NCBI GenBank assembly: GCA_030148425.1
Contig: JASBTM010000005.1
Coordinates: 279,671 to 343,670, forward strand
Source: Hyphomicrobium sp.
GTDB taxonomy: Bacteria > Pseudomonadota > Alphaproteobacteria > Rhizobiales > Hyphomicrobiaceae
Length of the DNA: 64,000 nt
Reading direction: 5' to 3'
A model generated the notes under the pieces. That model was not told the DNA's origin, did not search any database, and worked only from the letters and a program-made list of their open reading frames with translations. The number at the start of each line of letters is the position of its first letter. The first letter of the stretch is position 1. This document shows, one piece after another, positions 59,571 to 64,000 of the stretch. The translations under genes and the position numbers were made by a program.

Positions 59571-60467
59571 TTACGCTGCCCCTGAAGCGACGATAAGATG
59601 CTCCAGACGCGCCTTGGCCATCTCTATCGCTTTGTGCGCGACGGCTTTCCGCCGCTGTTCGATCCAGTCCAACCAAGCGGCCATACCGTCGCCGCTCTTG
59701 GCGGAAATTCGTATCACTTCGATATTGGGATTGATGCGACGTGCGTTCGCTTCGCAGGCGTCCATGTCGAAATCGACGTAGGGCGCAAGGTCGACTTTAT
59801 TCAGCAGCATGACCGAAGCAGCGGCAAACATGTGAGGATACTTTAGAGGTTTGTCCTCGCCCTCAGTCACCGATAGGATGGCGACTTTGCTGTCTTCGCC
59901 GAGATCGAATGCCGCCGGACAAACAAGATTGCCGACGTTCTCGATGAAGAGCACGCCGCGCTCTTCGAGATGCAGATGATCGATTGCATGGCCGACCATG
60001 GCCGCGTCGAGATGGCAGCCTTTTCCGGTATTGATCTGAATGGCCGGCGCGCCTGTCGCGCGGATACGATCCGCGTCGTTGCTGGTCTGCTGATCGCCCT
60101 CGATCACCGCTATGCCGTTCGCACTCATTCGGCGGATCGTCTCGACAAGAAGCGTCGTCTTACCCGACCCCGGACTGGAGACGAGATTGAGGGCGAGGAC
60201 CGCCATGGCTTCAAGGCGCTGCCGATTGCCTTCGGCAAGCCGGTTATTCTTCGACAGAATATCCGCTTCGACCTCGACAAGCCGTTTTTGCGAAACGCCA
60301 TCGACATGGTGTCCGGCACTACCACTGCTGTAGTCCAGGCTTCCGTCCGCACCGTGATGATGACCGTGGTGATGATGGGCATGGTCGCCCGAGGCCGAGG
60401 CCGAGGCCTTGCCACTCTCACCAACCTTGAAGGCCACCTCCGGGCCGCATCCACACGTCGCGCACAT
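59571..60467 (-). CDS. hypB: Nickel-insertion GTPase HypB
   Basis: MCATCGC, His-rich tract, [26 protein letters not shown]. Confidence 0.98.
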   Translation of the reverse strand: MCATCGCGPEVAFKVGESGKASASASGDHAHHHHGHHHGADGSLDYSSGSAGHHVDGVSQKRLVEVEADILSKNNRLAEGNRQRLEAMAVLALNLVSSPGSGKTTLLVETIRRMSANGIAVIEGDQQTSNDADRIRATGAPAIQINTGKGCHLDAAMVGHAIDHLHLEERGVLFIENVGNLVCPAAFDLGEDSKVAILSVTEGEDKPLKYPHMFAAASVMLLNKVDLAPYVDFDMDACEANARRINPNIEVIRISAKSGDGMAAWLDWIEQRRKAVAHKAIEMAKARLEHLIVASGAA

Positions 60468-60808
60468 CAGACCACCTCCAAATCCTTGACGCGCAGCTCA
60501 TCGCCGCCCGTGACACGCAATCGTCCGCCCGAACAAAGCGGACAGTCGGCGCCGCGCGTTTCGATGTCGACTGTTCTATCGCAGTCAAAGCACCAGGCCT
60601 TCGCCGGGAGGTCGATGATTTCAAGCGCGGCGCCATCAGCGACGGTGCCGCGCGCGGAAACGTCAAATCCAAACATGAGAGCTTGCGGCTCTACTCCAGC
60701 GAGGCATCCGATTTCGAGCCGCACGCGAACGACCCGATCGAACTTGGCAATTGCGGCCTGCTCCGAAAGCAGATCAATAATACTTTGGCAGATGGACAGC
60801 TCATGCAT
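60467..60808 (-). CDS. hypA: Nickel metallochaperone HypA
   Basis: MHELS and two CxxC motifs. Confidence 0.97.
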   Translation of the reverse strand: MHELSICQSIIDLLSEQAAIAKFDRVVRVRLEIGCLAGVEPQALMFGFDVSARGTVADGAALEIIDLPAKAWCFDCDRTVDIETRGADCPLCSGGRLRVTGGDELRVKDLEVV

Positions 60809-61727
60809 GGTGAAGCGCCTCGTCTTCCCAGACCACCGGCAAGCAGGGATCCGCGCACGTCATTGCAATGCCGATCTGCTGCCGCCTGATAGCGGCCGGA
60901 GCCTGGAAGGCAGATCGGAGCAAAGTTTCGAGAAACGTTCCATCTCCGGTCATGCCATCTGTCGGCGTCGTTATGCAATAGCTCTCGATCAATCCGTTGC
61001 GCAGTCGCACGGAATGCGTCAGCCGCCCGCGTGCCGCCTCGACCCAAGCCTCGCCCGTACGGACAACGCCATATCGGGTCGCGATATCGCCAGAGCGGAT
61101 CTCCTCGAACAGGGAGGCGGCTTCGATGACACGCGCGGCCATGCGCGCAAAGAGCGTAACGCCTTCCGCATTGATAATGCGCTGCAAAGCCGGATGCCGA
61201 AGTACGCGGCCGATGAATGTCGGATCGTGTTCGACGGTTATTCTGCCGGGCTCCTTGGGCCAACCGGCGACCGTTGCGAGGTCCGCCGCTACGCTCGCGC
61301 CGCTGGCGGTCATCCAGGTCTCGAAGTTCCGAAGCACAACATCCGATCTGTCGCGAAAAATGGCATATTCGAGATCATCGAGGCGCCCGGACGCATGGGC
61401 CGCTGCCAATCCACCCATCGCGACGAACTCGGGTTGTCGCCCGAGAGCGGACGGCCATTCGCGCAGCATGACGAGCGCATGCTCGCGGAGGGTTTCAACA
61501 GCGATGCGAAAATCTGCATCGTCCTCCGGCGCCAATCCCATCGCGACAGCAGCGGCGGTGCTCTGAGCCGCCGGACAAAGATTGAAAATGATACGAATGA
61601 GCTTCATCGCCTCGGCGCAGCTGCGTCCTTCGAGGAGACGAGAGGCCGTCATTTCCCCACGCGCTGACAATACGATTTGGGAATTGCCGCCGACCTGGCG
61701 CAAACCGACTGTGAGCGTGGGCATCAT
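60801..61727 (-). CDS. hupK: Hydrogenase scaffold protein HupK/HoxV
   Basis: FNLCPAAQ, EAARGRLTH, ADPCL. Confidence 0.88.
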   Translation of the reverse strand: MMPTLTVGLRQVGGNSQIVLSARGEMTASRLLEGRSCAEAMKLIRIIFNLCPAAQSTAAAVAMGLAPEDDADFRIAVETLREHALVMLREWPSALGRQPEFVAMGGLAAAHASGRLDDLEYAIFRDRSDVVLRNFETWMTASGASVAADLATVAGWPKEPGRITVEHDPTFIGRVLRHPALQRIINAEGVTLFARMAARVIEAASLFEEIRSGDIATRYGVVRTGEAWVEAARGRLTHSVRLRNGLIESYCITTPTDGMTGDGTFLETLLRSAFQAPAAIRRQQIGIAMTCADPCLPVVWEDEALHHA

Positions 61728-62566
61728 GGCGATCGTACCGGCGACCGGCCGGAGGACGCAAGCCTGCCGGTCAATATCGTGCGGCGGCTCAGGCCGCCTT
61801 CGTCCAAACTCTCGCTATCTTCACCGCGAACAGCGGCGTTCGCACCGATCTGTGCAAGCTCCGATTCCCGCAGCGCACTGATGTCAGCAGACCGGTCCGT
61901 CTCTTCGCGATTGGCTTCATCGAATAACGCAACCACTGCAGCACGCGCGACATCCGATGCCTGCAGCTGGCTCGCGAACTCGCCCATCGCAGAAAACAAG
62001 GAGCAGGCGAAGTAGCTGCCTACGGGCGGTCGCTTGTTGAAGAGAAACTCGTACCGCCCCGACGGAAAGGTGAACACGCGCTTCTCTCCGATCTGGAGAT
62101 CAGGCCAGTTCTCATCGAGACCCGGCAGAACGATCAAATTCATGAACCACGGAGCGAGAAGAACGCCAACGATCCGACCTTCCCATTGCCTGAAGCCGAT
62201 CGCTTCGACGCTGAGCGAACGATTGCAGAAGGGCACGTCGCGCATCTTCGTGTTGAAGATGTTCCGAAATGCTTCCGCGAGTTGTTTCGGACGTTCGGCA
62301 AGTTGATCGGCGAGCTTGCGATCGTTGTCCGCTTCCGAAGCTGCCTCGCCACTGACGACCATGAAGCCCTCGCAGCCGCCGTCGCATTGAGGACAGCGCC
62401 AGTCCGACGGAAGCGCGGTGAAGGGCGTGCCTGGACGGATTTGCCGAACGTCATCTCCCGCAGCGGGATCGTACGTGTACCAGCAGATCTTGCACTCTAG
62501 CAGCGCATCATCCGCGATTCCACTGCCCGCGCCCTTGAACGACCCTTCGAAACGCTGTGCGGTCAT
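61724..62566 (-). CDS. hupJ: Rubredoxin-HybE fusion HupJ
   Basis: CKICWYTYDP...CPQC rubredoxin followed by PWFMNL, FPSGRYEF, CSLFS. Confidence 0.9.
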   Translation of the reverse strand: MTAQRFEGSFKGAGSGIADDALLECKICWYTYDPAAGDDVRQIRPGTPFTALPSDWRCPQCDGGCEGFMVVSGEAASEADNDRKLADQLAERPKQLAEAFRNIFNTKMRDVPFCNRSLSVEAIGFRQWEGRIVGVLLAPWFMNLIVLPGLDENWPDLQIGEKRVFTFPSGRYEFLFNKRPPVGSYFACSLFSAMGEFASQLQASDVARAAVVALFDEANREETDRSADISALRESELAQIGANAAVRGEDSESLDEGGLSRRTILTGRLASSGRSPVRSP

Positions 62567-63408
62567 GACATTGCCTCAGCGACCTCGGCAAGGCGCATTG
62601 CCGAGTCGCGGATATCCTCCGGAGCAGCGCAGGCGACTTCGGGAATATCGGAAACTTCGATGGTGTCGAGGATCAACGCATCCTGCGAATTATAATAACG
62701 CACGCGCCAAACCGTCGGATACGCGGTCGCTTCGATCCGGCAATTGCCATAACCGCGCGAAAGGAAAGTGGTCGGGCCAGTGCCCAGCGACACCGCGAGA
62801 TAGTCGAGGTCTTCCGGCGTGTGCGGCATGAGAGTCAAACTGACGATATGCGGCGCGGCACGCTCACCATTCTCCCTCCGCGCGCGCACGTGCTGGAGAA
62901 TTTCGGTAAGGAGAAACGGGCCATTCACGACCCCCGGAGAGGGTGCCGCGGGCGGCGGTGGGGCGGCGTCACCGTGATCGAAAACCGCGCCTGGCACCGG
63001 ACCGATCTCGAGGTATTCGCCTTTTCGATTACCAATTTCCCGAATTCGCCAGACGCCGGCAAAGACCGATTCCTGAGCTTCAATGCCCGGCATCCGATCG
63101 ATGCGGGCTGCAATCTCTCCTTCGCCTAACGCATCAGCAAACACCTTGGCATTCCTATCGTCGAAATCCGGCGGATCGAAGCGCAGGTTCGCGCTGCCCT
63201 CCGTCCAACTCGAAGCCAAATCCCCGAGACGGTGCAAGGCATTGATCGCCATCAATATCTCGGAAGGATCGTCAACCTTGGGAAAATGCGGCTCGAACGT
63301 GCGCATGCCCGACGGCATGACCATATAATCAAGCTCGAGGCCGTCCTCTTCTTCGGGCTGGCTGCCAGGACCGAACCCGGTAGGCGGAAGGATAAAGCTC
63401 CTTGCCAT
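62563..63408 (-). CDS. hupH: Hydrogenase maturation protein HupH/HyaF
   Basis: GPGSQP, LGEGE, ESVFAGVW, SRGYGNCRI, PEVACAAPED. Confidence 0.92.
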   Translation of the reverse strand: MARSFILPPTGFGPGSQPEEEDGLELDYMVMPSGMRTFEPHFPKVDDPSEILMAINALHRLGDLASSWTEGSANLRFDPPDFDDRNAKVFADALGEGEIAARIDRMPGIEAQESVFAGVWRIREIGNRKGEYLEIGPVPGAVFDHGDAAPPPPAAPSPGVVNGPFLLTEILQHVRARRENGERAAPHIVSLTLMPHTPEDLDYLAVSLGTGPTTFLSRGYGNCRIEATAYPTVWRVRYYNSQDALILDTIEVSDIPEVACAAPEDIRDSAMRLAEVAEAMS

Positions 63409-63421
63409 TGGCTACTTCTCC

Positions 63422-63805
63422 TTATTGGACGGGACTGACGGGTCGATCCAGAATGGATTTAATTTCGGCAAGGTAATCGGGCCAATCGCGGACTTTCGGA
63501 ATTGCTCCCGCCAGCGCGCCATCACGAAGAAAGATCAGCGACGGCACGGGCCAAACATCATATCTCTCGCGCAACGGCTGCTCGATCGAACGGTCCACGA
63601 CAGCGGGCTTGAAGCGGCTCTGAAACGCTTGCACAAGCTCGGGAAGAATGGCGGCGACATCGTCGGTCTCGAGATTGGTCGCCGGATCTCCGGTGAGGAA
63701 GAGCACGCGGTCGCCTGTCGCCGATATGAATTCTTCGACTGTCGTCTCGTCGAGCACGGGATAGCCGAGATCTTCTGTCAGCCGCTTCAAAACTTTCGAC
63801 ATCAT
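63422..63805 (-). CDS. hupG: Thioredoxin-like HupG/HyaE
   Basis: ETDDVAAILPEL, PSLIFLRDG, VRDWPDY. Confidence 0.9.
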   Translation of the reverse strand: MMSKVLKRLTEDLGYPVLDETTVEEFISATGDRVLFLTGDPATNLETDDVAAILPELVQAFQSRFKPAVVDRSIEQPLRERYDVWPVPSLIFLRDGALAGAIPKVRDWPDYLAEIKSILDRPVSPVQ

Positions 63806-63812
63806 TCGCTCC

Positions 63813-64000
63813 TTAGCCGGTTGCGGCACCCGATCGACGGGCGCGTTCGAGATGCGGCGGCAGGCTCGGCTCTCTCGATTCAAGATCGGAGAAAAATCCG
63901 GCCACGTTCTCTCCGGCCATCGCCGCCTCGAGCCCGTGGAGAGCCGCCGCGATAAGCGCCGCTTCGCTTTCATCGAGCCGTTTTCGCGCGACCTTGAGGA
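63813..64000 (-). CDS. hupF: HupF (HypC paralog), 3' part
   Basis: Manual translation …ARKRLDESEAALIAAALHGLEAAMAGENVAGFFSDLESREPSLPPHL…*; located upstream of hupG. Confidence 0.8.
   Translation of the reverse strand, partial: LKVARKRLDESEAALIAAALHGLEAAMAGENVAGFFSDLESREPSLPPHLERARRSGAATG

Overview
GC-rich alphaproteobacterial chromosome segment. A Hyphomicrobium-like methylotroph is inferred from gene content, not proven. Left to right: (1) the tRNA-Trp-secE-nusG-rplKAJL-rpoB(5') cluster; (2) a PAS-GGDEF-EAL protein; (3) an 11 kb orphan biosynthetic neighbourhood: HAD hydrolase, secreted unknown, FkbM methyltransferase, OpgH/MdoH, Zn-less MDR dehydrogenase, Cys-less PTPS-IV, GT4, SAM methyltransferase, cytochrome b561, RibD reductase domain, NdvA-type glucan exporter and RibA; (4) housekeeping genes (rplM-rpsI, TerC, argC, ctaA) and two apparent pseudo-enzymes; (5) an MxcQE-like two-component pair with an MxaD-like protein; (6) a 17 kb general-stress island: phyR-nepR-ecfG, a 1899-aa cytoplasmic poly-HAMP hybrid kinase, two HWE kinases and a trehalose synthesis/recycling module, with four sigma-EcfG-type promoters visible; (7) an MsbA-like exporter and a GT2; (8) a [NiFe]-hydrogenase maturation cluster, hupF(partial)GHJK-hypAB-hoxA-hypFCDE-hupE. 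No CRISPR array, transposase or prophage was seen. The best candidates for an undescribed system are the PTPS-IV/RibA/RibD/glucan cluster and the poly-HAMP kinase -> HWE kinase -> PhyR -> trehalose circuit.
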